This document shows, in pieces, positions 17,881-27,824 of a stretch of 44,196 nucleotides of DNA. The number at the start of each line of letters is the position of its first letter. The stretch's first letter is position 1. This DNA comes from a virus (taxonomy: Duplodnaviria > Heunggongvirae > Uroviricota > Caudoviricetes): the IMG/VR virus record IMGVR_UViG_2778261274_000007, positions 1-44,196 of that record; one strand, 5' to 3'. The notes under the pieces are model-generated. The model had not been told where the DNA came from. It did no database searches and saw only the letters and a list, made by a program, of their open reading frames with translations. Both the position numbers and the translations under genes were made by a program.

Positions 17881-18375
17881 ATGGCTGGAACGGCGGGGCG
17901 TTCCGGGCGTCGCCCCAAGCCAACGGCGCGCAAGGCGCTGGCCGGAAACCCCGGCAAGCGAGCCCTGAATAAAGATGAACCTGTTTTTACGCCCATCAAA
18001 GGTGTTGAGCCACCGGAGTGGTTCGCTGAAGAAGATCTCCCTCTCGCCACGATCATGTGGCAATTGACAACTAAAGAACTTTGCGGTCAGGGCCTGCTGT
18101 GCGTGACTGACCTCGCGGTGCTTGAGCGGTGGTGTGTGGCCTATGAGTTCTGGCGACGTGCCGTGAAAAATATTGCCAGACAGGGCAACACCATCACCGG
18201 TGCAATGGGCGGTATGGTCAAAAATCCTGAGCTGACCGCCAAAAAAGAACAGGAGTCCGAGATGAGCAGCACGGGGGCAATGCTCGGACTCGACCCCAGC
18301 AGCCGCCAGCGTCTGATTGGCCTGGCGGGGCAGAAGAAAGCTACTAACCCGTTTCTGAAAATCATCGAATCATGA
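17881..18375 (+). CDS. Terminase small subunit (P27 family; 164 aa)
   Basis: ORF upstream of and overlapping terL; AGGAG RBS. Confidence 0.7.
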   Translation: MAGTAGRSGRRPKPTARKALAGNPGKRALNKDEPVFTPIKGVEPPEWFAEEDLPLATIMWQLTTKELCGQGLLCVTDLAVLERWCVAYEFWRRAVKNIARQGNTITGAMGGMVKNPELTAKKEQESEMSSTGAMLGLDPSSRQRLIGLAGQKKATNPFLKIIES

Positions 18376-20105
18376 GCCGGAAATCTTACCCCAACGTAAA
18401 TGCTGCCAATCAGTATGCCCGGGATGTCGTTCGCGGAAAGATTGTGGCCTGCCAGTTTGTGATTCAGGCCTGCCAGCGCCATCTTGATGACCTGATGGCG
18501 GAAAAAAGTAAGTCGTTTCGTTACCGCTTCGACAAGGACCTGGCTGAACGGGCCGCCAAATTTATTCAGCTGTTGCCGCACACCAAGGGTGAGTGGGCAT
18601 TCAAACGGATGCCCATCACGCTGGAGCCGTGGCAGCTCTTTGTGATCTGCTGTGCGTTTGGCTGGGTCAATAAAGGCTCCCGGCTGCGCCGCTTCCGGGA
18701 GGTGTATACCGAAATCCCCCGTAAGAACGGCAAATCGGCAATCTCTGCCGGTGTCGCCCTGTATTGTTTTGCCTGTGATAACGAGTTTGGCGCGGAAGTG
18801 TATTCCGGTGCCACGACAGAGAAACAGGCGTGGGAAGTCTTTCGCCCGGCGCGACTGATGTGTAAACGCACGCCCATGCTGACGGAAGCGTTCGGGATTG
18901 AGGTTAACGCCTCAAACATGAACCGTCCGGAGGATGGCGCGCGGTTTGAACCGCTGATCGGTAACCCCGGTGATGGATCATCACCCCACTGTGCGGTGGT
19001 GGATGAATATCACGAGCACGCCACCGATGCGCTTTACACCACGATGCTTACCGGGATGGGGGCGCGACGTCAGCCACTGATGTGGGCCATTACTACTGCC
19101 GGGTACAACATTGAGGGGCCGTGCTACGACAAGCGGCGGGAAGTCATCGAGATGCTCAACGGCTCGGTGCCCAACGATGAACTGTTCGGGATCATCTATA
19201 CCGTTGATGAAGGTGACGACTGGACCGACCCGCAGGTGCTGGAAAAAGCCAATCCAAATATTGGCGTGTCGGTTTATCGCGAATTTTTGTTAAGTCAGCA
19301 GCAGCGTGCGAAAAATAACGCCCGTCTGGCAAACGTCTTTAAAACAAAACACCTCAATATCTGGGTGTCGGCGCGTTCGGCGTATTTCAACCTGGTGAGC
19401 TGGCAGAGCTGCGAGGATAAATCACTGACCCTTGAGCAGTTCGAGGGGCAGCCGTGCATTCTGGCCTTTGACCTGGCGCGTAAGCTGGATATGAACAGCA
19501 TGGCGCGACTTTATACCCGCGAGATTGACGGTAAAACGCATTACTACAGTGTGGCCCCGCGTTTCTGGGTACCGTATGACACGGTGTACAGCGTCGAGAA
19601 AAATGAAGATCGCCGGACAGCCGAACGCTTTCAGAAATGGGTGGAAATGGGCGTCCTGACCGTTACCGATGGTGCAGAGGTGGATTATCGCTACATCCTC
19701 GAAGAGGCCAAAGCAGCGAACAAAATCAGCCCGGTCAGCGAGTCACCCATCGACCCCTTCGGGGCGACCGGGCTGTCACATGACCTTGCTGATGAAGACC
19801 TGAATCCCATCACCATCATTCAGAACTACACCAACATGTCCGACCCGATGAAAGAGCTGGAAGCGGCAATTGAATCGGGGCGCTTTCATCATGACGGCAA
19901 TCCCATCATGACCTGGTGTATCGGCAACGTGGTCGGCAAAACCATTCCGGGTAACGATGATGTGGTGAAGCCCGTCAAAGAGCAGGCGGAAAACAAAATC
20001 GATGGTGCAGTTGCGCTGATTATGGCGGTTGGCAGAGCCATGCTGTATGAGAAAGAAGACACGCTGTCCGACCACATTGAGTCCTACGGGATCCGCTCGC
20101 TTTAA
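18372..20105 (+). CDS. Terminase large subunit (577 aa)
   Basis: Walker-A-like PRKNGKS; typical length and position. Confidence 0.9.
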   Translation: MSRKSYPNVNAANQYARDVVRGKIVACQFVIQACQRHLDDLMAEKSKSFRYRFDKDLAERAAKFIQLLPHTKGEWAFKRMPITLEPWQLFVICCAFGWVNKGSRLRRFREVYTEIPRKNGKSAISAGVALYCFACDNEFGAEVYSGATTEKQAWEVFRPARLMCKRTPMLTEAFGIEVNASNMNRPEDGARFEPLIGNPGDGSSPHCAVVDEYHEHATDALYTTMLTGMGARRQPLMWAITTAGYNIEGPCYDKRREVIEMLNGSVPNDELFGIIYTVDEGDDWTDPQVLEKANPNIGVSVYREFLLSQQQRAKNNARLANVFKTKHLNIWVSARSAYFNLVSWQSCEDKSLTLEQFEGQPCILAFDLARKLDMNSMARLYTREIDGKTHYYSVAPRFWVPYDTVYSVEKNEDRRTAERFQKWVEMGVLTVTDGAEVDYRYILEEAKAANKISPVSESPIDPFGATGLSHDLADEDLNPITIIQNYTNMSDPMKELEAAIESGRFHHDGNPIMTWCIGNVVGKTIPGNDDVVKPVKEQAENKIDGAVALIMAVGRAMLYEKEDTLSDHIESYGIRSL

Positions 20106-20116
20106 CTGAGGTAATT

Positions 20117-20299
20117 ATGATCATGCTGATTCTCGCGCCTCTGGTGGGCGTGCTGGGGGTGCTTTTGCTGGCGTATGGTGCCTGGCTGATTTATCCCCCG
20201 GCGGGGTTTGTTGTTGCCGGGGCGTTGTGCCTGTTCTGGTCGTGGCTGGTAGCGCGATATCTCGACCGTACACAGATGTCTGTTGGTGGAGGTAAATAG
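20117..20299 (+). CDS. Small hydrophobic protein (60 aa)
   Basis: ORF with two predicted TM segments between terL and portal. Confidence 0.35.
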   Translation: MIMLILAPLVGVLGVLLLAYGAWLIYPPAGFVVAGALCLFWSWLVARYLDRTQMSVGGGK

Positions 20300-21540
20300 T
20301 GTTCTTTTCGGGATTATTTCAACGAAAAAGTGACGCACCAGTGACCACGCCAGCAGAGCTGGTGGATGCTATCGGGCTGTCATACGACACCTATACCGGA
20401 AAGCAGATCAGCAGCCAGAGGGCCATGCGACTGACGGCGGTTTTTTCCTGCGTCAGGGTGCTGGCGGAGTCGGTCGGGATGTTGCCCTGCAACCTGTATC
20501 ACCTGAACGGCAGCCTGAAGCAGAGAGCCACTGGCGAACGTCTGCATAAGCTGATCTCCACGCATCCCAATGGCTATATGACGCCGCAGGAGTTCTGGGA
20601 GCTGGTGGTCACCTGTCTGTGCCTGCGGGGAAACTTTTACGCCTACAAAGTGAAAGCATTTGGCGAAGTGGCTGAACTGCTGCCCGTCGATCCCGGCTGT
20701 GTGGTACCGAAGCTTAACAGTAGCTGGGAGCCGGTCTATCAGGTCACATTCCCGGATGGCTCCACGGATGTACTGAGCCAGGAGGATATCTGGCATGTGC
20801 GCACGCTGACGCTGGACGGACTGGTGGGGCTGAATCCCATCGCCTATGCCCGCGAGGCAATATCGCTGGCAGCTGCGACCGAAGAGCACGGGGCCAGACT
20901 GTTCAGCAATGGCGCGGTGACGTCGGGTGTGTTGCGTACAGAGCAGACGCTGTCAGATCAGGCTTATGAGCGCCTGAAGAAAGATTTTGAGGAGCGTCAC
21001 ACCGGGCTTGGCAATGCTCACCGCCCGATGATCCTTGAGATGGGGCTGGACTGGAAGTCGATGGCGCTGAACGCCGAGGACAGCCAGTTCCTGGAAACCC
21101 GCAAGTTTCAGCTTGAAGAAATCTGTCGTCTGTTCCGTGTGCCATTGCACATGGTGCAGAACACCGATCGTGCCACCTTCAACAATATCGAAGAACTGGG
21201 GCTGGGATTTATCAACTATTCACTGGTGCCGTATCTGACCCGCATTGAGCAGCGGATCAACACCGGACTGGTACGAAAAAGTAAGCAGGGCGTTTATTAC
21301 GCCAAATTTAACGCCGGGGCGTTACTGCGCGGGGATATGAAGTCCCGTTTTGAAGCCTACGCCACCGGGATTAACTGGGGAATTTACTCTCCCAATGACT
21401 GCCGCGACCTGGAAGATATGAATCCGCGTCCCGGTGGGGATGTCTATCTCACACCGATGAACATGACCACGAAACCCTCCGATGGCAGTAAAGCCGGTAA
21501 GCAGAAGGATAACGCCAATGCAGACGAAACAACGTCTTGA
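20299..21540 (+). CDS. Portal protein, HK97 family (413 aa, GTG start)
   Basis: Position after terminase; HK97-portal-like sequence. Confidence 0.85.
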   Translation: MFFSGLFQRKSDAPVTTPAELVDAIGLSYDTYTGKQISSQRAMRLTAVFSCVRVLAESVGMLPCNLYHLNGSLKQRATGERLHKLISTHPNGYMTPQEFWELVVTCLCLRGNFYAYKVKAFGEVAELLPVDPGCVVPKLNSSWEPVYQVTFPDGSTDVLSQEDIWHVRTLTLDGLVGLNPIAYAREAISLAAATEEHGARLFSNGAVTSGVLRTEQTLSDQAYERLKKDFEERHTGLGNAHRPMILEMGLDWKSMALNAEDSQFLETRKFQLEEICRLFRVPLHMVQNTDRATFNNIEELGLGFINYSLVPYLTRIEQRINTGLVRKSKQGVYYAKFNAGALLRGDMKSRFEAYATGINWGIYSPNDCRDLEDMNPRPGGDVYLTPMNMTTKPSDGSKAGKQKDNANADETTS

Positions 21541-22168
21541 TGTACCGCTGAGTCTGAAATCTGTCAGTGACTCCGGTGAGTTTGAAGGGTATGGCTCCGT
21601 CTTTGGTGTAAAGGACAGCCACGATGATGTGGTGATGTCCGGGGCATTTGCTGCTTCCCTGCGGGCGTGGAGTGACAGAAAAGCGTTACCTGCGCTGCTC
21701 TGGCAGCACCGCATGGATGAACCCATCGGTGTTTACACTGAAATGAAGGAAGACGATGTCGGACTTTACGTCAGGGGACGGTTGCTTATTGATGATGATC
21801 CCCTCGCAAAACGCGCACATGCACACATGAAGGCCGGTTCGTTAACCGGCCTTTCTATTGGGTACGTCCTGAAAGACTGGGAATACGACCGGAGCAAAGA
21901 AGCCTTTCTGTTGAAAGAAATCGACCTCTGGGAAGTCAGTCTGGTGACGTTTCCGTCTAACGACGAGGCGCGGATCAGCGACGTCAAGAACGCGCTGGCC
22001 CGCGGGGAAATCCCCGAACAGAAAAAAATCGAAAGAGTCCTGCGTGATGTCGGACTCTCCCGTACCCAGGCCAAAGCATTCATGGCCGGGGGCTATGGCG
22101 CACTGTCCCTGCGCGACGCTGAGGATGTGGGCTCTGCACTGAATGCACTGAAAAATCTGAACTTCTAA
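21518..22168 (+). CDS. Prohead protease, HK97 family (216 aa from internal Met)
   Basis: Between portal and capsid; alternative start at 21482. Confidence 0.8.
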   Translation: MQTKQRLDVPLSLKSVSDSGEFEGYGSVFGVKDSHDDVVMSGAFAASLRAWSDRKALPALLWQHRMDEPIGVYTEMKEDDVGLYVRGRLLIDDDPLAKRAHAHMKAGSLTGLSIGYVLKDWEYDRSKEAFLLKEIDLWEVSLVTFPSNDEARISDVKNALARGEIPEQKKIERVLRDVGLSRTQAKAFMAGGYGALSLRDAEDVGSALNALKNLNF

Positions 22169-22182
22169 TCAGGAGAAATACG

Positions 22183-23388
22183 ATGGCGGTTGATATTAAA
22201 GATGTGGAACAGGTCGCGCAGGAGCTGCAGCAGAAGTTTGACGACTTCAAGGCAAAGAACGACAAGCGCGTGGATGCGATTGAGCAGGAAAAAGGCAAAC
22301 TTGCCGGGCAGGTGGAAACCCTGAACGGGAAACTCAGCGAGCTGGAAAATCTCAAAAGCGACCTTGAAAAAGAGCTGCTTGAGCTGAAACGTCCGGCTGG
22401 TGGAGCGCAAAATAAACTGGCCACCGAGCATAAAGAGGCGTTTGTGGGCTTCCTGCGTAAAGGCCGTGAAGACGGTCTGCGCGATCTGGAGCGTAAGGCA
22501 TTGCAGGTGGGTACCGATGAAGACGGTGGCTACGCCGTGCCGGAAGAACTGGATCGCAACATTCTTAACCTGCTGAAAGATGAAGTGGTGATGCGTCAGG
22601 AAGCCACGGTGATCACCGTTGGCGGTTCCGACTACAAAAAACTGGTGAATCTGGGCGGTACGGCTTCTGGATGGGTGGGGGAAACGGATACGCGATCCCA
22701 GACTGCCACCTCCAGACTGGAGCTGATTGAACCTCTCATGGGGGAAATTTACGGCAACCCGCAGGCTACCCAGAAAATGCTGGACGATGCCTTCTTCAAC
22801 GTGGAGGCCTGGATCAACAGCGAGCTGGCAACCGAATTTGCCGAACAGGAAGAAATTGCCTTTACCTCAGGCGATGGCACCAAGAAGCTGAAAGGGTTCC
22901 TGGCGTATGAATCCACTGATGAAACCGACAAGGTCCGGGCGTTCGGCAAACTTCAGCATATTGTATCCGGCGAAGCGACCGCGGTGACCGCAGACGCCAT
23001 TATCAAACTGATTTACACGCTGCGTAAGGCACACCGCACTGGCGCGAAGTTCATGATGAACAACAACAGCCTGTTTGCCATCCGTCTGCTGAAAGACACC
23101 GAGGGTAACTATCTGTGGCGTCCGGGGCTGGAACTGGGGCAGCCGTCCTCTCTGGCGGGTTACGGTATCGCTGAAAACGAACAGATGCCGGATATCGCCG
23201 CTGATGCGAAAGCCATTGCATTTGGTAACTTCAAACGGGGTTACACCATCGTTGACCGTATCGGCACCCGCATTCTGCGTGACCCGTACACCAATAAACC
23301 GTTTGTCGGTTTTTATACCACCAAGCGCACCGGCGGGATGCTGGTCGATTCGCAGGCCATCAAACTGCTGAAGATTGCAGCGGCGTAA
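22183..23388 (+). CDS. Major capsid protein, HK97 fold (401 aa)
   Basis: N-terminal coiled-coil delta-domain-like region; follows the protease. Confidence 0.9.
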   Translation: MAVDIKDVEQVAQELQQKFDDFKAKNDKRVDAIEQEKGKLAGQVETLNGKLSELENLKSDLEKELLELKRPAGGAQNKLATEHKEAFVGFLRKGREDGLRDLERKALQVGTDEDGGYAVPEELDRNILNLLKDEVVMRQEATVITVGGSDYKKLVNLGGTASGWVGETDTRSQTATSRLELIEPLMGEIYGNPQATQKMLDDAFFNVEAWINSELATEFAEQEEIAFTSGDGTKKLKGFLAYESTDETDKVRAFGKLQHIVSGEATAVTADAIIKLIYTLRKAHRTGAKFMMNNNSLFAIRLLKDTEGNYLWRPGLELGQPSSLAGYGIAENEQMPDIAADAKAIAFGNFKRGYTIVDRIGTRILRDPYTNKPFVGFYTTKRTGGMLVDSQAIKLLKIAAA

Positions 23389-23437
23389 TCACTCAGGGGC
23401 GTGGAACCGCGCCCCCTGTTCTGACGGGTGAAGAATC

Positions 23438-23638
23438 ATGATCCTGAAACAAGATCTGAAATGGTCACCGGACGGTATGCGTGTTGAGGTCATTCGGGCC
23501 GGTGAGTATGACGACGGGGCGCTTCCTGCCCGGGTGCAGGAGATTGCACTTCAGGCCGGGTTAGCAGAGCGCGGAACCAGTGCAAAAAGCAGTAAAGCGA
23601 CAAAAGAGAAAAAAGCCACGACCAGTAAAGAGGGCTGA
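23438..23638 (+). CDS. Hypothetical small head-module protein (66 aa)
   Basis: ORF in the head operon. Confidence 0.4.
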   Translation: MILKQDLKWSPDGMRVEVIRAGEYDDGALPARVQEIALQAGLAERGTSAKSSKATKEKKATTSKEG

Positions 23639-23640
23639 GT

Positions 23641-23964
23641 ATGCTTCTGACAATGGAAGAGATTAAAGCCCAACTCCGGCTGGATGAGGATTTCGATGCT
23701 GATGACCGCCATCTGCAACTGCTGGCCTGTGCGGCGCAAAAGCGGACGGAAACGTATCTGAACCGGAAGCTCTATGCACCGGATGAAACCATTCCGGAGA
23801 GCGATCCGGACGGGCTGCACCTGCCGGATGATATTCGTCTGGGGATGCTGATGCTTATCAGCCATTTTTACGAAAACCGCTCGTCGGTTACGGAAGTGGA
23901 GAAACTCGACATGCCGCAGAGTTTTGGCTGGCTTGTCGGCCCGTACAGGTACTTTCCGCAATGA
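23641..23964 (+). CDS. Head-tail connector (gp6-like; 107 aa)
   Basis: Position and family resemblance. Confidence 0.65.
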   Translation: MLLTMEEIKAQLRLDEDFDADDRHLQLLACAAQKRTETYLNRKLYAPDETIPESDPDGLHLPDDIRLGMLMLISHFYENRSSVTEVEKLDMPQSFGWLVGPYRYFPQ

Positions 23965-24371
23965 AAATTCGTCAGGCGCAGACCAGCGCAACCTACATTC
24001 TGCCGGACCCCGGTGAACTGAATAAACGCGTCCTGATCCGCCTGCGGGTGGATATGCCCGCGGATAACTTTGGCGTGGAGCCTCAATACCCGGTTACGTT
24101 CCGGACATGGGCGAAGGTTATCCAGACCAGTGCCACCACCTGGCAGGAAACCGCGCAGACCGGGGACGCCATCACCCATTACATCACCATTCGTTACCGC
24201 CGGGGGATCACCGCTGATTATGAGGTGGTCTGCGGTGACAGTGTGTACCGGGTGAAACGTCAGCGCGATCTGAACGGGGCGCGGCGCTTTCTGCTGCTGG
24301 AGTGTACGGAGCTGGGCGAATGTAGGCAGAGTCACGGAGGCAGCAATGGCGACTCCCTTTTTTCACGTTGA
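23961..24371 (+). CDS. Head closure / head-tail adaptor protein (136 aa)
   Basis: Position; overlapping starts and stops in the operon. Confidence 0.55.
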   Translation: MKIRQAQTSATYILPDPGELNKRVLIRLRVDMPADNFGVEPQYPVTFRTWAKVIQTSATTWQETAQTGDAITHYITIRYRRGITADYEVVCGDSVYRVKRQRDLNGARRFLLLECTELGECRQSHGGSNGDSLFSR

Positions 24372-24852
24372 TGTTCAGCCGCCCGCCGAGATGCGCTTTA
24401 ACCGCGCCCGTGTCCGGCGGGCGTTTGTCACGATTGGGCAGCGTCATATGCGTGATGCCCGTCGGCTGGTGATGCGCCGTGCGCGGTCGGCACCGGGTGA
24501 AAACCCCGGTTATCAGACCGGACGCCTGGCTCGTTCGATTGGTTATATGGTGCCGAGAGCCAGTAAAAAGCGAGCCGGTTTTATGACACGCATTGCCCCT
24601 AACCAGCGCAACGGGAAGGGGAACCGGATGATCTCTGGTGACTTCTATCCGGCGTTTCTGTTTTTTGGTGTCCGGGGAGGAGCAAAACGTCGTCGTAGTC
24701 ATCATCGTGGTGCATCCGGTGGCAGCGGCTGGCGACTGGCTCCACGTAATAACTTCATGGTGGAAGCGCTTGAAAAGAACCGCAGCTGGACACGCTATTT
24801 TCTGGCGCGGGAATTGCGTAAATCACTGAAGCCGGAGCGACGACACAGATGA
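24346..24852 (+). CDS. HK97 gp10-like tail-component protein (168 aa)
   Basis: Position; basic C-terminus. Confidence 0.55.
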   Translation: MATPFFHVDVQPPAEMRFNRARVRRAFVTIGQRHMRDARRLVMRRARSAPGENPGYQTGRLARSIGYMVPRASKKRAGFMTRIAPNQRNGKGNRMISGDFYPAFLFFGVRGGAKRRRSHHRGASGGSGWRLAPRNNFMVEALEKNRSWTRYFLARELRKSLKPERRHR

Positions 24853-25433
24853 AACTGACGCCTGTTATTGCTGCGCTGCGTGCCCGCTGCCCGTATTTTG
24901 AAAACCGGGTGGCAGGCGCGGCACAGTTCAAAAATCTGCCGGAGGTCGGAAAGCTGAGACTCCCGGCGGCGTATGTGGTACCGGGTGATGACTCTCCGGG
25001 AGAAAACAAAAGCCAGACCGACTACTGGCAGGAGCTGAAAGAGGGCTTCTCCGTGGTTGTCATACTGAGTAACGGGCGTGATGAGCGCGGTCAGTTTGCC
25101 TCGTATGATGTGGTGGACGATGTCCGGCAGATGCTCTTTAAGGCCCTGCTGGGCTGGAACCCGGAAGCGTGCGGTAACCCGATTACCTATGACGGCGGCA
25201 CGCTGCTGGATCTGAATCGTCATGAGCTGATTTATCAGTTCGATTTTTCGGTCATCAGCGAGCTGACTGAAGACGATACCCGCCAGCAGGATGATCTGAA
25301 CAGTCTGGATGAACTGCAAACGCTGGCGATTGATGTTGATTATCTCGAGCCCGGTAACGGGCCTGACGGCGATATCGAACATCACACCGAAATAACCCTT
25401 CCTGAGGATCCTCATGTTTGTCAAACCTGTTAA
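24849..25433 (+). CDS. Mu gp37-like (DUF1834) tail protein (194 aa)
   Basis: Precedes a DUF2635 gene and the sheath, as in Mu-like tail modules. Confidence 0.5.
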   Translation: MKLTPVIAALRARCPYFENRVAGAAQFKNLPEVGKLRLPAAYVVPGDDSPGENKSQTDYWQELKEGFSVVVILSNGRDERGQFASYDVVDDVRQMLFKALLGWNPEACGNPITYDGGTLLDLNRHELIYQFDFSVISELTEDDTRQQDDLNSLDELQTLAIDVDYLEPGNGPDGDIEHHTEITLPEDPHVCQTC

Positions 25434-25584
25434 AGGGCGGTCAGTGCCTGACCCTGCCCGCGGCGACCTTTTGCCCGCCGAAGGGCGAAATGTTGACGAG
25501 AACAACTACTGGCTGCGCCGTGAAGCAGCGGGTGATATCCGGCGCGTGAATAAAAAGGTGAATACCGATGACGATAAGCTTTAA
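25414..25584 (+). CDS. DUF2635 (Mu gp38-like) small protein (56 aa)
   Basis: ATG at 25414 with GAGGA RBS; translation MFVKPVKGRSVPDPARGDLLPAEGRNVDENNYWLRR...; not in the ORF track (<60 aa). Confidence 0.45.
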   Translation: MFVKPVKGRSVPDPARGDLLPAEGRNVDENNYWLRREAAGDIRRVNKKVNTDDDKL

Positions 25585-27064
25585 CACCATTCCGTCGAAT
25601 ACGCTGGTTCCGTTGTTTTATGCGGAAATGGATAACCAGGCGGCGAATACTGCACAGGACAGCGGAGCATCGCTGCTGATTGGTCATGCCAATAACGGTG
25701 CAGAGATTGTTGCCAACAGTCTGGTACTGATGCCGTCGGCAGACTATGCACGCCAGATTTGTGGTGCGGGAAGTCAGCTGGCGCGTATGGTCGAGGCTTA
25801 TCGCCAGACCGATCCGTTTGGCGAGCTGTATGTGATTGCCGTTCCTGAATCCACAGGCGCGGCGGCAACAGTTACGCTGACGGTGACCGGGGCAGCAACC
25901 GAAACCGGCACGGTGAATGTTTATGTGGGACGTACCCGCGTGCAGGCACCGGTGACCAACGGCGATAACGTCGCGACGATTGCCAGCAGTATCAAAGATG
26001 CCATCAATGCCGTTCCGGCCCTGCCGTTTACGGCCTCATCTTCGGCTGGTGTGGTTACATTGACCGCTCGCCATAAGGGGCTTTGCGGGAATGAAATTCC
26101 TGTCAGCCTCAATTACTACGGCTTCGGTGGGGGCGAAGTGCTGCCAGCGGGCGTACAGATTGCCGTGGCGACGGGGACCGCCGGAACGGGCGCTCCGGTT
26201 CTCACCGGCGCGGTGGCTGCAATGGCGGATGAGCCGTTTGATTATATCGGTCTGCCGTTCAACGACACGGCCTCTGTTAACACGCTGGTGACCGAGATGA
26301 ACGATACCAGCGGTCGCTGGAGCTATGCGCGTCAGCTGTATGGTCATGTGTATACGGCAAAGGCCGGCACACTGTCAGAACTGGTGAACGCAGGTGCCCA
26401 GTTTAACCAGCAGCACATCACCCTGGCGGGGTACGAAAAAGAGACCCAGACGCCTGCCGACGAGCTGGCAGCCAGCCGTACCGCCCGCGCAGCGGTGTTT
26501 ATCCGCAACGATCCGGCACGTCCCACGCAGACCGGTGAGATGGTGGGTATGCTGCCTGCGCCGAAGGGGAAACGGTTCACGATGACCGAACAACAGACCC
26601 TGCTGTCTCATGGCGTGGCAACGGCGTATGTCGAAAGCGGGGTACTGCGCATTCAGCGTGATGTCACCACGTACAGGAAAAACGCTTACGGGGTTGCGGA
26701 TAACAGCTACCTCGACAGTGAGACACTGCATACCAGCGCGTATGTACTGCGCAAACTGAAATCCGTCATTACCAGTAAGTACGGGCGTCACAAGCTTGCC
26801 AGTGACGGTACCCGCTTTGGTCCCGGTCAGGCGATTGTCACCCCGGCGGTGATCAAAGGGGAACTGCTGGCAACCTACCGTCAGCTTGAGCGTGCGGGGA
26901 TCGTGGAAAACTACGAACTGTTTAAGCAGTACCTGGTTGTGGAGCGTGATGCCAGCGATCCGAACCGCCTGAACACGCTGTTCCCGCCTGACTATGTTAA
27001 CCAGTTGCGTGTCTTTGCCGTGGTTAACCAGTTCCGTCTTCAGTATTCAGAGGAGTCTGCATAA
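25568..27064 (+). CDS. Contractile tail sheath protein (Mu L-like; 498 aa)
   Basis: Size, position and family resemblance. Confidence 0.85.
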   Translation: MTISFNTIPSNTLVPLFYAEMDNQAANTAQDSGASLLIGHANNGAEIVANSLVLMPSADYARQICGAGSQLARMVEAYRQTDPFGELYVIAVPESTGAAATVTLTVTGAATETGTVNVYVGRTRVQAPVTNGDNVATIASSIKDAINAVPALPFTASSSAGVVTLTARHKGLCGNEIPVSLNYYGFGGGEVLPAGVQIAVATGTAGTGAPVLTGAVAAMADEPFDYIGLPFNDTASVNTLVTEMNDTSGRWSYARQLYGHVYTAKAGTLSELVNAGAQFNQQHITLAGYEKETQTPADELAASRTARAAVFIRNDPARPTQTGEMVGMLPAPKGKRFTMTEQQTLLSHGVATAYVESGVLRIQRDVTTYRKNAYGVADNSYLDSETLHTSAYVLRKLKSVITSKYGRHKLASDGTRFGPGQAIVTPAVIKGELLATYRQLERAGIVENYELFKQYLVVERDASDPNRLNTLFPPDYVNQLRVFAVVNQFRLQYSEESA

Positions 27065-27420
27065 TGGCCCGTATCGGGGGAACCTGTTATTTCAAAATTG
27101 ACGGTCAGCAGCTATCGCTGACCGGCGGCATTGAGGTGCCCATGAACAGGACGGTCAATGATGACATCATCGGCCTGGACGGTTCAGTGGACCGCAAGGA
27201 AACTCACCGTGCGCCCTATGTCAAAGGGACCTTCAAGGTGCCGAAGAATTTTCCGGTGAGCAAAATCACCTCGTCTGATGAGATGACCATCACTGCCGAG
27301 CTGGCGAACGGTCAGGTCTATGTACTGTCGTCTGCCTGGCTGCACGGCGAAGCGAACCATAATGCCGAAGAAGGCACGGTTGATCTTGAGTTCCACGGTG
27401 AAGAAGGGGATTACCAGTGA
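27064..27420 (+). CDS. Tail tube protein (118 aa)
   Basis: Follows the sheath. Confidence 0.75.
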   Translation: MARIGGTCYFKIDGQQLSLTGGIEVPMNRTVNDDIIGLDGSVDRKETHRAPYVKGTFKVPKNFPVSKITSSDEMTITAELANGQVYVLSSAWLHGEANHNAEEGTVDLEFHGEEGDYQ

Positions 27421-27740
27421 TTGAGCTTGTACTTAAAAAACCGATCATCGCCCACAAAGAAACACTGCATGTGCTGGAAATACGTGAGCCTACGTATGAC
27501 GAGATTGAGGCGCTGGGGTTCCCTTTCTCTGTTTCACCTGATGGTGGTATGAAAATGGACAGTCAGGTAGCGCTGAAATATATCCCGCTTCTGGCCGGGA
27601 TCCCGCGCTCGTCTGCAGCGCAGATGACGAAGCTGGATATTTTCAAGGCAGGCATGATTGTAATGCGTTTTTTTACCGGCTTGGAGACGGAAGAGACCTC
27701 CGGAAGCGATTCTACAATGTCGCGTGGTTCTGGAAATTAA
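27417..27740 (+). CDS. Tail assembly chaperone (107 aa, GTG start); probable -1 frameshift isoform extends to 27832
   Basis: Position between tube and tape measure; in-frame slippery heptamer T_TTT_TTT. Confidence 0.6.
   Translation: MIELVLKKPIIAHKETLHVLEIREPTYDEIEALGFPFSVSPDGGMKMDSQVALKYIPLLAGIPRSSAAQMTKLDIFKAGMIVMRFFTGLETEETSGSDSTMSRGSGN
27668..27674 (+). promoter_or_regulatory. Candidate programmed -1 ribosomal frameshift site (T TTT TTT)
   Basis: Heptamer in the zero frame of the chaperone; the -1 frame is open from here to the TGA at 27830..27832. Confidence 0.35.
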
Positions 27741-27824
27741 ACCCCCTTGAACTTCGCCGGACGGCTATTTCCCACTTTGCTGATCTGGAGGCAGAGGCCG
27801 TCCGTATAAATGAGGAGATGAAGC

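Noticed and set aside
18141-20075. Several antisense ORFs inside the terminase large-subunit gene (for example 18141..18581, 18566..18919, 19776..20075)
   Set aside because: Shadow ORFs opposite a well-supported gene; no independent signals.
20380-21726. Antisense and alternative-frame ORFs within the portal gene
   Set aside because: Shadow ORFs in GC-rich coding sequence.
24208-25505. Long minus-strand ORFs (165 aa, 236 aa) across the head-tail joining genes
   Set aside because: Opposite a contiguous plus-strand late operon with coupled starts and stops; no RBS.
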